From positions 33,978,001 to 34,042,000 of the forward strand of contig CM119372.1 in assembly GCA_051294905.1 (NCBI GenBank): DNA of 64,000 nucleotides, written 5' to 3'. The notes below the pieces were generated by a model. It made no database searches. It saw only the letters and a program-made list of their open reading frames with translations, and was not told where the DNA came from. A program made the position numbers and the translations under genes. This document shows positions 25,663-40,096 of this stretch, piece after piece. Within the stretch, counting starts at the first letter, position 1; each line of letters starts with the position of its first letter. Source of the stretch: Botryllus schlosseri (taxonomy: Eukaryota).

Positions 25663-26395
25663 CAGGGGCGGGCAACATACGGCCCGCGACAGGAATTTGA
25701 GCAGCCCACAGAGTGTTTCTACCCTGAAAGGGAAATTTTAGTCTGAAAGCATTGGCAAACCTGAGAAAGATGGTCATGAATGAAACTTTGTTCGGTTCGG
25801 ATCTCTACCAATGTTCCCTCTAATTTATAACGAGTCTGCGCACACTCACCAACTCACTGCGCAGATTCTTGGACAACAGTGCGTAACAACTAAAGGAAAA
25901 GGTCATCAATTCGGATTTTTTGTGCGCAACTTAGATTTTCTGTGCGCAGAGACCGTCTCGGCACTGCGCATTTGCGCACGTGTGCAGCTTTGAGGGAACA
26001 TTGGTCTCTACATGAATTTGAGAGCAAGCATTTTCTACCATGAGAATTGAAAAGACAAAAATACGTTCCAATCTAACTGATAATCACGTGCAGTCTTTAC
26101 CAATGGTTTCTACATCCGACATGCAGCCAGATTTCAAAGAACTTGCTGACATTTCATCCGTGTGAGCAGTGTCCTATAAAAGCAACAACATCAACTTGTT
26201 GACATCTTAGATGAACCACAAATGTCTGATTGACTTCAACAGCTATTGAAGTAGGCTGCATTAAGTACCGGCACATATATTCATTTTAAATTAAATACGA
26301 TTAATTCCTTGTATAGCTGTATATGTATCAATTCTGTAATCCGGCCCGCCATTTCCCATATCAGACCTGCTATCCGGAGAAGTTGCCCACCCCTG
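25663..26395 (+). mobile_element. hAT (Charlie-like) element retaining a transposase C-terminal remnant
   Basis: TIRs CAGGGGCGGGCAAC / GTTGCCCACCCCTG. TSD GCCTAG(C/A)T. Internal 'EQAFSTMRIEKTKIRSNLTD' dimerisation-domain-like sequence. Confidence 0.8.
25809..26003. mobile_element. Short hAT-type MITE nested in 25663-26395
   Basis: TIRs CAATGTTCCCTC / GAGGGAACATTG. TSD (A/G)TCTCTAC. Confidence 0.85.
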
Positions 26396-26699
26396 GCCTA
26401 GATAGAACATATAAATAAAGGGCATTTTCAATGATCTAAAATAATAGAAGGTAGTGTCATAAAAAGGAAGAGCGAGGAAAATGAAGTCGTTAGTGATGGA
26501 TAGCTGAACTATAGTTATGCATGGTTACAGGTTTAGCTTAGTTAAGCACGTCAGCTATAGGGTCGTTTCAATAACCCTAACTACAGCTAACCTTGCGTAA
26601 CCACGAGCCCAAGCTAACTCTAATACCAACACATGCTGACCCTAGCCCTAACCTTAACCATGTTAACTCTAAACCTACCATACATTGGCGTGATTGGCC

Positions 26700-27680
26700 T
26701 AGTATTTTGAACACGAAATGAGCACCAGTGCTGCCCACATCTGACTACAGTATAATAACGAGCGCATCAACAGCATACATCCTTTCTCTAGTAATAGGCA
26801 GTCAAAAATCAATATCTTTGTATATAGCTTGCAATAAGAACTCGGATTTGACCGACATTGATTCCAGTCCCGTGAGACTGGACATATGTCCAGTTGTTAA
26901 AATGCCTAATTGCGTGTATTTCCTTTCTAATATACGACAGAACAAATTTATATGCCATTTCTGTGTCATACTATACTCCCTAGTCACTAGCATTCCAAAT
27001 TATATATACGGGATTACCGGTATCGATTGCAACAGCAACAGAAGCCACCACTATATCAGACTCACAGAACATCATGTTTGAAAGACGTGTCTTTGTAACA
27101 TTTTCTCATCGTTGGCAGCCCGACCATGTAGTCAAAACATACGATGAAGTTTAAATATTTCTATTTTAATAGAGCGCAGGATACCTATGGTCAGCGATTT
27201 TAGATGTAACTGGTATCAACTGTCTACATCACGAAATGCTCTGGTGAGGAATGTCTATTTACTATTGACAGAATTCTTCAAAGTGAACATGAAGATTACT
27301 TTTATTAGCGGTATTTGATCAAAAACACTCCAATTATCCAACTACCATAATGAACACTAAGACTCTAATCGAAGTGTTTTGTAAAAAAACCTATTTAAAT
27401 GTGTGAGAATTTGTAACAACATTAACCGACATTAAATATATTGATTGGTCTGTAAGATCGTTCTGAATGACCAATAAATATGACACACAGTCAGAGTAAT
27501 GTTGGAATATATATGGAATACTGCACCCAGGAGTTCAACATACATCGATACATGTACTCCCACAAAATAGTGATATTATAAAACGAGCATGTGAGGTTGA
27601 TAGACAACGGTTAACCAAATCGAAAAATTATTCAACTTAACGATGACACGATGAGGAAATATATTATTCATAAGCCCAAC
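26700..27680 (-). pseudogene. Highly degenerate non-LTR retrotransposon (RLE-type, Hero/NeSL-like) fragment
   Basis: 'EFLLQAIYKD' and 'LPGCSIPYIFQH' resemble the 'FL.QAVYD.LP' and 'LPG.FK.WIYQH' motifs of these elements; many stops. Confidence 0.4.
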
Positions 27681-28213
27681 ACTTTCATTTTATAAATAAC
27701 AAATATCGGTTTATCATTTTGGCCAGAAAACCAGAAAGTCGGTTCACTAGTAGCCTCACTTTCAGAAATTTAAAGGGCCACATTTCAAGATTTGGACAGA
27801 CACAGATATAAGTAAGTTTTATACAGTGTCCCTACTCTACTGGAATCTCGGTACGTTTTGCCTAAATATAACAGGTACGGTAAGCAGCGATGATCCTCCA
27901 AGTTGAAGTGCTCTCATTCAACAAAAAATAATGAAAACATGAAAAATTGTGTGAGCTGAGCACAGGACACCGATTCCATACAGACAGTGTAGGCCTAGTG
28001 CGCTGCACTGCAAGATCACAATACCTGTTGTTCGAAACGCTTATGAGATGGAGAGTCAGAGTCAGTTATATAATATCATATCGAGGAGCAACTGTTATTA
28101 AGTCTTTCTTTCAGCGCCGCCTAGGGCTCGGAGATGTAGCGCCAGCACCCGAGATTAAGAACCACTGGTCCCTGTAGTCTGTGGTCTGCACGTCTTTGTC
28201 TGATTGATTGATT

Positions 28214-28685
28214 CACTACAAAAAAAAATTAGACAAATTGGTCTCAAAATTAGACAAATTTGGTCTCAAATTTAAGAAATGAGGATGATTTGGTCTCATT
28301 TTACCACCCACTCACCATAAATGCTATTTTCGACTCAGACAACCATATATATATTGATCTGAATAGTACATGTGAGTAGTAAGTGGCATGTACCTTGATA
28401 ACTATATCTAGTGAATACCTTGTAAACTTAGTACAGGATCATCTCAACACTGCAATTTCTGGTCTCTCTCATCCTTCCCCTCCTCCGCTCAGACCCCTAA
28501 CACTGAAAAGGATGCCCCCGAGGCACTGCTACTATTTTCGATCAATTTCTGGCTTACTTTTGAGACATAAAGTACTTGGTAAGACTAATTGGTCTTTAAG
28601 ACTTATTGGTCTTTAAGACTTTTTTTTTGTAAAAAATCGATTTGAGACATTGAGACCAAATTTGTCTTATTTTTTTTTTGTAGTG
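28214..28685. mobile_element. CACTA-type MITE
   Basis: Termini CACTACAAAAAAAA / TTTTTTTTGTAGTG, subterminal GACAAATTTGGTCTC repeats, 2-bp TSD TT. Confidence 0.8.
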
Positions 28686-29496
28686 TTGTCTTGCGACATT
28701 TTCCCCCTCTTAAGTTTTACAGACAGGTCAAAATTTACTATTTCCTGTGACGCTGGTACAGTAATACTCGCTTCCTAATAAGCCTCACCCTAACACTACT
28801 ATTAGCATCACAGTGGTCCCTACCTTGAGAAGTAGTAGTATCGGGCTATCGCAGCTCTAGTTAATTCACGGTTTATAAGCGATGCGGGTTAGCATTTTTC
28901 GAGTCCTTCAGCTTGGTTGTGGGTGTAGCGTCGGTGGTGGTGAGCCATAATCGAAGAGCGATTTCGAATTAATTTTCAGATGCGGATATGAAGTTTTGTA
29001 TGTAGCTAATGATACTAAGGTACTGCAATCTCTATAATTATACACATAAACTTTCCCTCAACTCCGCTTTTTATGGCTTGCAGCCACTGATTCTATACAG
29101 TCTATCCTCAAGATTACCGGACCACGACTGACCTATCGATCTCGCTTCCCATGACATGCCGCCCTATTTCTTGTCGCATTCTTCTTCTATACTATCTTCT
29201 TTACTTTCATTCAGTGTGCATGCCTCCTCTTTACATCGGCTAGGCCAAGGTGGGTGTCAGATTCCATAGACTACTCCTTGTCGCTTCGACATCTTCCTGT
29301 CTTTTCATTGTATCTCATTTTTGTGGTGTATTGAACTGATAAAATTGCTAATAAACCAATGATGATGATGATGAAGTGAAGCAAATATTTTCTTTAAAAA
29401 TATAATTTGGGCTCTGATTTTATGAAAAAATTTGCAGCAATCGCATTTCGTCTAGTGTACCAGTAGGTAATAGGTAATAAAATAGGCAGTGGCTAC

Positions 29497-29923
29497 CAGA
29501 GATGAGCGGATTTGAAATTTCTATGTCCTAATCCAATCCAAATCCGAACCTTCAAATCCAAATCCAAATTCTAATCCATAACGTTTTCATATTCAAGTCC
29601 ATGTCCAATCCTAATCCGATTCTAACTGGAAATTCAGAAAAAAAACTAATTTGTGCAATGGAAGGATTCGAAAATTTTCTTTTACAACCAACGATTCACT
29701 TCATTCAAGATAACCTAGTAACCATAAGTACATTATTAACTGATCTGAATAAAGTTTGTCGCCATTCGCCACACGACATTTCAATCTCCCAGAAAATAGA
29801 TAAATCCAATCCAAATCCTAATCCGTTCTGAAAAAAATGTCTAATCCAAATCCAATCCAAATCCGACAAAATTTCACAAATCCTGTTTTTTCAAAACCTA
29901 ATCCTAATCCATGCTCATCTCTG
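29497..29923. mobile_element. hAT-type MITE with (AATCCA/AATCCT)n arrays
   Basis: TIRs CAGAGATGAGC / GCTCATCTCTG. TSD GTGGCTAC. Confidence 0.9.
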
Positions 29924-30601
29924 GTGGCTACTCGTCCGGTACCGGACGAATAATTTTCTCAGGCTATTCGTCCGGCACCGTGTGACGTAGGCCCGTTACT
30001 ATGGAGACTGTATGCGTTTATGACAGGCTTCGGTTTTGTACATTATTTATTCGCGTTTCTGGTTACTGATTTGAATGGTTACTGTTACTGATTTGTATGC
30101 TCATAATTATAGCTCCGAGGGAAAGTTTACGCCATACTAATAATTGCAAATTGCTGTCGTGAAAGTACCAGAACTTGACGCCCACCTTTACCTTTACAAG
30201 ATATGTTCACCTACGCTTAATGAAGTAAGAACAAGTAGGATACTGATTTGTATGATCATAATTGGAGCTCCGAGGGAATGTTTGCGCCATACGAAGAGTT
30301 CCAAAGTGCTATCGATAAATAACCGGATGCAGTCAGAACACGAACGATTCGCTGAAATTCTTGCCGCCTCCACCTATTTCTGAACTCATGCAAGCGTCGT
30401 TGACCTAACCAATTGTACGTGAACTTGTACAGCTAAGACGTAATTGTCACCTCTGCTGTACTACGAGTACTCATACTTGATGTTGCTGCGCAGTAATGAT
30501 TGGAATACCAACTGAGAGAGACTGTGCGTCTTTATTTTCATACAACAGAAATACAGAACAAATGGACAGCAGGAATGATCATACAGAAAACATGTGCATG
30601 C

Positions 30602-33600
30602 CAGTGTTGGGATGACTCGAGTCATGACTTGACTCGAGTCAGACTCGAGTCACCTTTTTCGTATGACTTGACTTGACTCGAGTCACTTAGCTAAAATGAC
30701 TTGACTTGACTTGACTCGGCGTATCAGAAATGTGGATTGACTCGTGACTCGGAGCAAAATCAACGAGTCAATTTCAAGTCATCAAGTAATCGGTGTCGAT
30801 AAAAATCGATGTCTCTTGCACATGGTCAGATTGTTCGCGAAACGCTGGTGTAGCCCGTGAGAGCGACCAATCATTCAATTATCGTGCGTTTTACTGAGCC
30901 TCCATTGGTCTCTCACAAATAAATCTACCAGTAGGTAATAGGTAAAAAAAAATACTTTTTCCGGATCCGGAGTCCGTCACTCCGGTTCGCCACTGCGCTA
31001 CTTACATTGATCATTGTCGCGTTCAATCCATCTCGAATGCATTTGGGTCGACTTTTCGAATAGAAGGTAAAAGTAAAGTGTCCTACATACTGATGTAGTG
31101 GTAGCAGTGATGAGCAGAAGATATGGTTCAGATGCAGTAAATACCTACTTTACACGGGGAACACTGAATGTAATTCGAGAGAATATGAGACAAAGAAGAG
31201 TAAAAACTCTGAATATGACGAAGCATGAATTTTATGGAAGTACACTTGATCTCATATGGAACAAGTGCATTTAATACCAATAAGATTTGACGTATAAGTG
31301 TAAAGAAAATGGTGTAAATGTAGTGTAGAGTAATCTGAACTTGAGGGTATTAATTTAGAATACGTGTACCAATAATACTTGGCGGAAACAAACAAAAATG
31401 ACGGTTGGAATAAGTCGTCGGCCATTTTGATTAAAGCAAAGTTTGAACTCGCCTGTTAGTAATTCACGGCAAACACATATTTCAAACTAACGTCTAAATG
31501 CTTAACGGGCGAGGCAAATTCAGGAAGATATCAGGGATCAAATTTCATAATAGAGGCCATATGGTAACTTGAATGGGATGCGACGAACTATCGTTACAGC
31601 AAAGTTCACATGATGGCGTTCGGGCGACTTTTAATTTACCGAGGTAATCTGACCTGGAGTTGCGTTTTGTCTCAATACATACGGGAATACATGAATTTTG
31701 GAATTGCTGTAGAAATGAGTTCGATAAAATCGCGTGAGAAAAAAACGACAATTGTACGAGATTCTAGATTAGCACTCGATTTGAATCTTCATTCACGCAG
31801 GTGAAAACGCCGTGTGCTGGCTATTGTGAGCGTACGTTGTCAAGGTTGTTTAACAAAGCGCGTAGGAAAATGTGAATTATGATTTCATTTTTATAAGGGA
31901 GATACAGTAATAGCCTGATCATCCGCGCAATATAATCTGTGCCCTCCCGTATACACCACATGATTGATGTTAATTCCGGTCTGCCTTGAACACTGGATCG
32001 ATTGGTCAGTATGGTAAGCGTTTGCTCTGTAATTAATACTGTGCAGAAGTGCATTATGCGGTGCTTGGCGTTGGGTTGTGCTGTCAGGTGCTGATGAGGC
32101 GCGAGATTCGCGGCGGTGCGAGTTCTGAATTAGTTCAAGTAGTTTTGCTGAACGGACGTTTTCGACACTGGCTTGCTGGTTGGTGATGCAACATGATTAC
32201 CATATGGATGGCCGCGTAGTGAAAACCCGCGTGAGCCTACCACCTTTTGATCATGAAACTCGAGAACAATCCATCTAAGGTAAACACCCAGCTACGTATC
32301 TCGTGCGGCCGATATAAATATACAAGCGAAGATATATCTGACGTGATACTATATCTATACCAAAGTAATGTGACCTGTAGTTGTATTTTGACCCTTTTAA
32401 AACTCCGCAATTTTGCAACTATTCGGTGAAAGAAAACATAAAGTTAACTCGACGTTGAATTTCAATAAATTCACCTCAGGAAAATCAACAATAGTCCGGG
32501 ATTCTAAACTCGCACTAAATTCGGGTGATCAACGCCGTGTGTTAACAATCGTTGGCATATGATGTCGCATGTATTTGACACAGCGCGCAAGAATATATGT
32601 ATTCTGGTTTCGCCCGTACAAAGAAGATACAAATTATTCGTGCGGTACTCTCTATGCTATAATCCAGTTTAGGAGAACCTCGAATGAATTTCGTGTGCGC
32701 ATAATGAAACAACAGCGCCCGCTGGCGACCTAAAGAAATATATGAACAAAAGTCGCCCTTTTAATAAAAAAGGGGGGCTATTTGTGATGCGCTAGGTCGT
32801 CGCTTCGACCAATTATGGGCCAGCCAAGCTAAGGTCGTACAGGGTATGCCTCTGACGCCTAAAAATACTAGGATCCCGGAGTTCAAGCTAGGCTTCGCAT
32901 GAAAACCCGAATTGAAGAATTCTTGTTGTTAGACGTTGTTGTGTGTGGGTTGCTGAGTAAGCTTGTAAAAGGACTGACAACCCAAAGGTAATGTATTTCT
33001 CTGAGTGGGGGAAAGGTGATTGCAGCGAGCGAGGTACTGCAATGTATTGGGTTGGCACAAAATCAAAAAGGGCGACCGATGTTTCTATCCAAATAAGGAG
33101 CCGAGGCCGAATCGTGACACTTAGTCATTTCTGCTCGTGCACGAAGTCGTTATAATGGGTCATTTATAATGATGAGGGAGATTAACTCGCACACGAAGCT
33201 GTGCCATTTTGGTAGCTGATAGAGCCGAAAACAATTAGTTAATGGCCGCGGCTGGAGCACGAACTGTGATTCATAAAAAGATTAAAAAGAAAATAACTCA
33301 TCACGAACTGGGCCCGAAACTTATAGCCAGCTCTTGGCAGGGAAGACCTTGTTTGTTTTTGAAACAGAAATGCATATAAGCAGCCTCGAATCACCATCTA
33401 TCCAGTCCAATTCGGACTCCAACACGAAGCGGAGGAATTGAAGCTTATAGACAGACCGCATCTACGCACGGACGAGGCTGGCATTGTTGCACTGAGGTTA
33501 CGTCATCGAAGATCAGAGCGTATGTAAATTTAAGTTTATTCAGTATTTGATTCAAGATAAATGACCAATTAATTTGTCCTACACCCAGTTGGCAAAGTGT

Positions 33601-33752
33601 AGTGACTTTGCATCATCATGCAATCATGCATACTTCGAAAATTCAATTTGACTTGAATGATGACTTGACGGTACTTGGCTGGGCTCGGGTCGAAATGTGT
33701 AATGTCTCAAGGTGACTCGTGACTCGAAGGTAGTGGTTTGATCTCCACACTG
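30602..33752. mobile_element. Left and right halves of the 3538-4488 MITE family separated by ~2.6 kb of unrelated DNA
   Basis: 30602-30925 matches 3538-3838, and ~33530-33752 matches ~4185-4488. The flanks do not form a TSD. Confidence 0.65.
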
Positions 33753-33922
33753 TTCTGAGGTCACAAGAGTTTATGGTTATAGCTATTCTGGAACACAGTG
33801 CAACTGTATAAAAAGTGCTAGTCGATTTGAATTCAAAGAAAGGGAACGCTGAAAGACAGAGAGGGTCCGAATTGTATGACAATTGCTAAAGAAAAGAAAA
33901 ACTGACTTGTGGATGATATCAG

Positions 33923-34145
33923 CAGAGGTGGTCAAAGTAGTCAAGAAAGCTACTCAAGTAGAAGTAGGAGTAGCGACGGAAAAATCTACTCAAGTACAAG
34001 TAGAAGTACTTCTTCAATAAGCCACCTAAAACTACTAGAAGTAGAAGTAGAGAAAATCAGATCTACCTGAATAAGTACTAGAAGTAGAGGAAAACTACTT
34101 GAGTACTTCCAAAAAGTAGATGTACTTCGTGACTGACCACCTCTG
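33923..34145. mobile_element. hAT-type MITE with (AAGTAG)n arrays
   Basis: TIRs CAGAGGTGGTCA / TGACCACCTCTG. TSD GATATCAG. Confidence 0.9.
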
Positions 34146-35153
34146 GATATCAGTCATATTCTGTTGTAATTCGAATGGGTGATGACATATGAAATCCTTT
34201 GCAAATATTGCCGTTTGTTCTCAGACATGCGCGGTATATAGTCCTAGTTGCCATGGATGAAACAAAGAAGGCTACACCATATTAACACATTTTATCGATA
34301 GTATTCAAAACGGATCATGCTTGATGGTATTGATCCATGTCTGCGGAAACCCGCTCGAATAATCAATACGAAAAGTATGTAATTCATTTACGCGAAAATT
34401 TGAGTAGGACAGTTAGTATAGTTTAATTAAAGTCCAGAGATACTAATGTCTAGAGATATAAAAGCAGGAAATGACGAGTGCTTATGCCGCGTTTAGTCAA
34501 TCAGTTTTAATAATATTTTCATCATTTCAAAACACCACGAAACTGCGATCCAGGGCAGTCGTACTAACTATCCTGCCGCGTGTAGTAATTGGCTGCGACA
34601 GATTTGGCGCGATGAAAGTGTCTAGTTGAAAGTGAGCCTGACTCCAGTCAAGATTTGAATTTGCCGAAAAACACTCTATTATTTCGTGTAAGCTTACATG
34701 GGCCGAACTAGGACCAAGAATTAGTGAGGATGAAAAATAATCACTAGCAGCGATAAAGTTTCCGTAGGGTATGTTGCGGCGTTGTAAATGTGTGGTATCG
34801 CAGTGCGTCAATAAATATGTGCCGTTCGCTGTGCATATTTATGCCGACAATAAGGCGGGTGCCTTTGTACCTAGATATTCCATGGTTTTGTCAGCATTTT
34901 AGAGCATTCTTGTTTAGTGTTTTTGAGGACAATTTACCTCGCTGACGTAAGATGAAACGCACTAACTCAAGAATAGCTTCAGAAATATACCCACTTGTCG
35001 CATTAAGTAATAACAAGGACAAAGTCAAATTGGATTTATTATTGGTACTGCAAGCAGGCGACTCGAACCAGGCTTGGACAACTAAATAATTCTAGTCGTC
35101 TAATCTCACGGAATTAGAGCGAAATGCCAGTAATATAATTCTAATCTAATTTG

Positions 35154-35420
35154 GAAAAAGCTGCGTAGCTCTAATTCTAATTTTAACATAATTTGAAAAA
35201 GCTGCGTAGCTCTAATTCTAATTTTAACATAATTTGAAAAAGCTGCGTAGCTCTAATTCTAATTTTAACATAATTTGAAAAAGCTGCGTAGCTCTAATTC
35301 TAATTTTAACATAATTTGAAAAAGCTGCGTAGCTCTAATTCTAATTTTAACATAATTTGAAAAAGCTGCGTAGCTCTAATTCTAATTTTAACATAATTTG
35401 GAAAAGCTGTGTAGCTCTAA
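35154..35420. repeat. 41-bp minisatellite, ~6.5 near-identical copies
   Basis: Unit GAAAAAGCTGCGTAGCTCTAATTCTAATTTTAACATAATTT. A single-unit relative lies on the opposite strand at ~10790-10872. Confidence 0.95.
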
Positions 35421-37949
35421 ATCTCACCAAATTCGGAAAAGCTGAAAATTTTCTAAAGTTGTCTGGGTATGACTCGAAATGAAAATATATTTACCTATAT
35501 CTGAACGTCACAAGCGCTACTATTTCGGCAAGGTCAATACACTCAATACCATTCTGATCAGGACATCAATGCCCATGTGGAGACGCTGTAAATGGTCACG
35601 GAGCAGCGAGCCAGTTCGTTGGCTACTGTGTCCGTTTTGTGTTGTGATGTATATCGGGGCCTTGTGTTGATTTTACGACCTAGCGCTGAAGCGCCAGTAT
35701 AGTTGCCGGCTATCTATCGCAAACATCACAAATCGCAAACAACAATATCAGCGGATTTCAAATTGCTAATTCGATACCTTTGGTGCTAGACCTTGGAGAA
35801 GATCGATTAATATTCCAAAAGTTTAGGGCTACTATTGTGATTAATAAACATCGATACCTTGGTCACTAACTAGGATTAATACAGAAATATTATACAACCG
35901 GAATTACTAGGCCTATAACATTAGGAATACTTCAGGCCAGTACTGCTAATATAAAGACCTTAGAAAAGTAACCCATGGTTGAACTTATCCACACATTCGT
36001 TTTTCGAAACTGATGTGTCGATGATGGAATATGACACTAGCCTAAAACCCGCTTTGTCCGCGTATTCACTTTACGAAGTGAATGCGCCTGACGAACGCCA
36101 TTTTGTCGCATTGCAATCATTACGCGTACGAACTATGAAAGTTTACTGTATTGGCAAAAATCAATCTGCAAAAGGGTATTTTCATGTGAGGGTTTACTAT
36201 GACGTATTATTGCAACGTGACGCCTATCTTTCTTATATTGTTCAAGTACTGCATTTACCTAATCTTTGACATCTACCATCATATTGCTTTAAGATGACGC
36301 TAACATGTCTTAGATATAGGTATAAGTTATGAACATTTAATATGAGAATAGTTGGTTGTTACTGCAGTAATTTAACAGCGAGTACTACAACTGTAGGTAT
36401 TAATAAAGCGTCATAACTGACCCCGCCCCTATACTAGTGTCAGGACCCTTCACCCCAACGGGACAAAAGTTTGAAAATTTGATGTGTAATGGACCATAGG
36501 ACAATAGAAACATGGGTATTTAAAGACCTCTCGGGGTAAGGCATTGGAGCATATGTGAGTTCGAAATTCGCGATAAGCCTAGTCTATTGCCTATGAAGCA
36601 CGATATATACGAATGAATAAAAAAGCTTAAGCACACCAATACTGGAAATTAAGGAATATAGCATGATTACAATTAGGATATTGGTTCACATATGACTATT
36701 ATAAGTGAGATGGTATCATTTTGTGCTTATCTGGGACTGTGTCGTATGCATGTTAAGTGTTAGCTATACCATCAGTTTGCTTAACCAAAAATGGCGCCAC
36801 CATTTTTTCATGTATGCGAGCTTTTACAGTGAGCCGAAGTATGACTGATATATGTATGCATATCTATGCCATGTATGATGTCCACATGAATTGTACACTC
36901 AGTTGTAGTATCCAATTATTGCATATAAAGACGACATCGGTGCGTCCGCTAGCTTCGGCGAACTTGTGACTCTATGCCAAGTAAATCCGCCAGTCTGAAA
37001 CAGAGCCCCAAACGAAGCATCCAGTAGCAGACTATATCCAGAAAACCGGACATTGACGGAGGCATTGTGGAAGGGTTTGACGTATTTTGAGATTGAGGGG
37101 TGATGTTCCGATGTCCCTCTAAAAAATCTTGACATGCTATTGATTGGGTCGGCTGCTTGCCGCAGTTGCAAAGTATACAGAAATAAAGCAGTGCGATGAA
37201 ATGGGAGCGACTGCTAACCGAAATTGCAATGTATACATAAATGAAGAAGCTCGATTAAATTTGCTGGAATCGCTCCATAAAGCCGATGGGCTAAAATGGA
37301 AAGAGCCAAGAACATAGAGGTATTGCATTCGGAATATCGTTACAACGAACCCTCAACAAACCCCGCGTTCTGTTGGACTTGGAATGCCCGATCTCCGAAT
37401 CGACAGCACGCAAGTAGGCTATTTGATGACCCTAAGTAGTAACGACTCAAACAAGGGGTCGGTTCCTGGACTAATTGCGGTTTGATATCTGCATCTGGAA
37501 GATTGGGGAACTCTTATAAACAAGGTGGTCGGCAAATTGGTCAACTTGAACTCTGTGTGGTATTGTTTTTTTGTGGCATCGATTGGCATATTTCTTGTAT
37601 ATTATATGCATGTATATTGTCGGCAGGAAATACCGTCACATTTATGGTGTAAACACACCTTAGAGTATTGAACTGTTATTAATCGTGCATGAATATGAAT
37701 AGGTTAAATCTTGACTCGTGTTGTGATTGAAGTATGTTCCGTGTGCTAACTTAACCGAGTTTGGCATAGATACTTCATTGCTGCCTGCATGATAATTATT
37801 GGAGTATGTTGGTTGTGTTAAGCCAAGGGGCTTGTCTATTGTATGAATAGTTTGAGCCGCTGGACCTTCCAAGGTCACTGCTTCGTTCGATCAATCTACA
37901 ACCAATGCTTCAATCAACGTCGACAAAACCGGGTTGTATAAGGGGTGTG

Positions 37950-40081
37950 GAAAAATGTGGAAAAGCCAGGAGATGGGGTTGAGCTCTGTGAAGTAAATCG
38001 AACCAAGTGTGGAACACTTGCATGGCAAGCGCCATGAAGCTACACTATAATCAAATGGAGGCACCAACTGGTCTTCTGGGGCTCAGCGTCATTTCTTGGC
38101 AATTTCAGTGGACGGGGGAGAGTCTGAAGACGAACACATCGATTACCTCCTTACTATCTGCGAACGCCAATCTATGAAAAGAAAAGATCATCGAAGGATC
38201 ACAACTGGGGTTTTCTGCGCCGACACGGGAAGCGTCCTCAAATTGAAAAACGTCGTAGAAACCTAATACCCGCCAAGCTGGGAGGAGCGACAACCTATAG
38301 ACATGAAACTACGTGATATAGGTGACTCCTCCCACGTTGACTCCTTAGTAATAATCAATTTCGACGGACTATCGGCTCCATTTGCGATCGAGGAAGGAGA
38401 CCTCTCAATATTGTAGGTCTAAAATGGATTGATCATGTACAACAATTACCAAACATAGCGACTGAATTTGAATCTCCGCCTAATGCAAACGAAGGGTTGT
38501 CTTTAGTAACGCTTCATGACGGGATCTCGTGTGATCAACGGGACGGAACCAAAGTCGGAAGCAGTCTTCGCGACACTGTAACCGATGATGGGTTGATGGA
38601 AGCTGCAAACCAGATAAGCGTCGAGCCGGCACGTTGTCTGTGTCGCCGCAGGCCGTTGCCGCTGGCGCAAGTGTCGAGATGGTAATCACCACTGGCGCGA
38701 AATGTGTCGAGTTAGGAATCCCTGCTGGCACCAATCATAAATACGCCGATCTTACGACGGCAACTGTCTTACCTTCTTTCCCAAAAGGTCAAAAAAATAT
38801 GGGAAATCCCTAGTGTTGGGTCAGGTAGCCCCTGCTGGCACTAGTCGAGAAAGTGTCGGGTCAGTTAGCACTGCTGGCACTAACTAAAGATGTGTCGAGT
38901 CAGGAATCCCTGACGGCACCAATAATGAAGACGTCGAGCGCGGAATCCCGGCTGACGTAAATAAGGACCTGCACGAGAAAACTGGTCCTGAAAGCTCTCG
39001 TGGATGCACTTGTCCGAATAACTGTAACAATTCGGCCCATAGATGCATGACGACAGCCACAGTTATGAGTAATTTCCCAAACAAAGCAGCTGTTACCGGC
39101 TAACCGGACACATGTCCGGTCATGACCGGCAAGGAGTCTGGGGATTTTAAGATGCACGTCTCCCCAGAAACGGGCCCCCGGCGGCGACTGAATCCGCCGG
39201 CGTGACGGTAGGCGTGGGCACACGCCGAGATCAGAGGTCAGATTGAATAGGTTGGGAATCCCCGCTGACAACGAAGAACCTCGCCCTTCTCTCCACCAAC
39301 ACCAAAACCCCGTTCATAACGAGATTCGCATTGGGCCAATAACTGGCCCAATTACTATGTAACCTTACAACAAGACACCAGTCCCAGCGTGAAGACGGAA
39401 CTCGAAAGTCTCTGTGCACAATCGGTAGCACTGGCGAAACTGTCATACAAACCTCCTGACTTTTGACTGGCCTAGAAAAAATCGCCATTCCTGAAGGAGT
39501 CTTGACAGCCGTTTATGATCCATTTGCTTCCGAACTTGATAGCCTGCGGGGCCAACTCAGCGCCCCCCAATCCATGAAATACCAATGCGACATCGGACGT
39601 AAGGACCCATCGACTAAGCCTTTCGTTTCTGGCCCTTATAACCCGACGCGGGAGGGTCAGGCGAAGGCACTAAAGGAAGCAATAGATATAATACCTTATT
39701 TTGGTATTATTGAACAAGGTTTTGCCGAATGAAAATTGGCTATTCTTGTTGTTCATGAGAAAATAAATGAAAGACTACAAGACAAGGCGTGTCGCTTTCG
39801 ATAGTAGCAAGACGGACGTCAGAGGTAAACCCCCATCCCAAGAAGTGTACATGATCGCTTACTACAGTCCGACGTGGGTAACTCCAGCGGCGAAAGACTA
39901 TGATCCAAGCACTACAGCGCTGAAACATCTGCCTCCCCTAACAAAACAATGGCGGATGAAAGCGAGGCTGGTGCAAGGAAGACGATCGAAATCGATGGCT
40001 AACAAAAAGGGGGAGTATAAAACTGTCAAACCAACTGATGCGACTTATGGGAAGCAACAGTTGCAAACTCTTCGCGCGTGA
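37950..40081 (+). pseudogene. Decayed Ty3/Gypsy-like gag and 5' part of pol
   Basis: Zinc-knuckle remnant 'CYRLTGHMSGHD' (~39089). RT N-terminal signature 'KPFVSGPYNPTREGQAKALKEAIDIIPYFGIIEQGFAE*KLAILVVHEK' (39616-39762) matches the Gypsy 'P....PY......I..ML..GII..S.S.W..P..LV.K' pattern. RT core and integrase not seen; LTRs not identified; limits approximate. Confidence 0.6.
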
Positions 40082-40096
40082 AACCAAACCTACGGA

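Noticed and set aside
26560..26680. CCCTAA-like repeats as a telomere remnant
   Set aside because: Few and degenerate; typical of short repeat-element interiors.
35154..35420. 41-bp repeat array as a CRISPR array
   Set aside because: Units are head-to-tail with no unique spacers, there are no cas genes, and the context is eukaryotic.
36437..37900. 5' LTR of the Gypsy-like element (starts TGTCAGGACC)
   Set aside because: No second LTR copy, PBS or PPT could be confidently located in the window.
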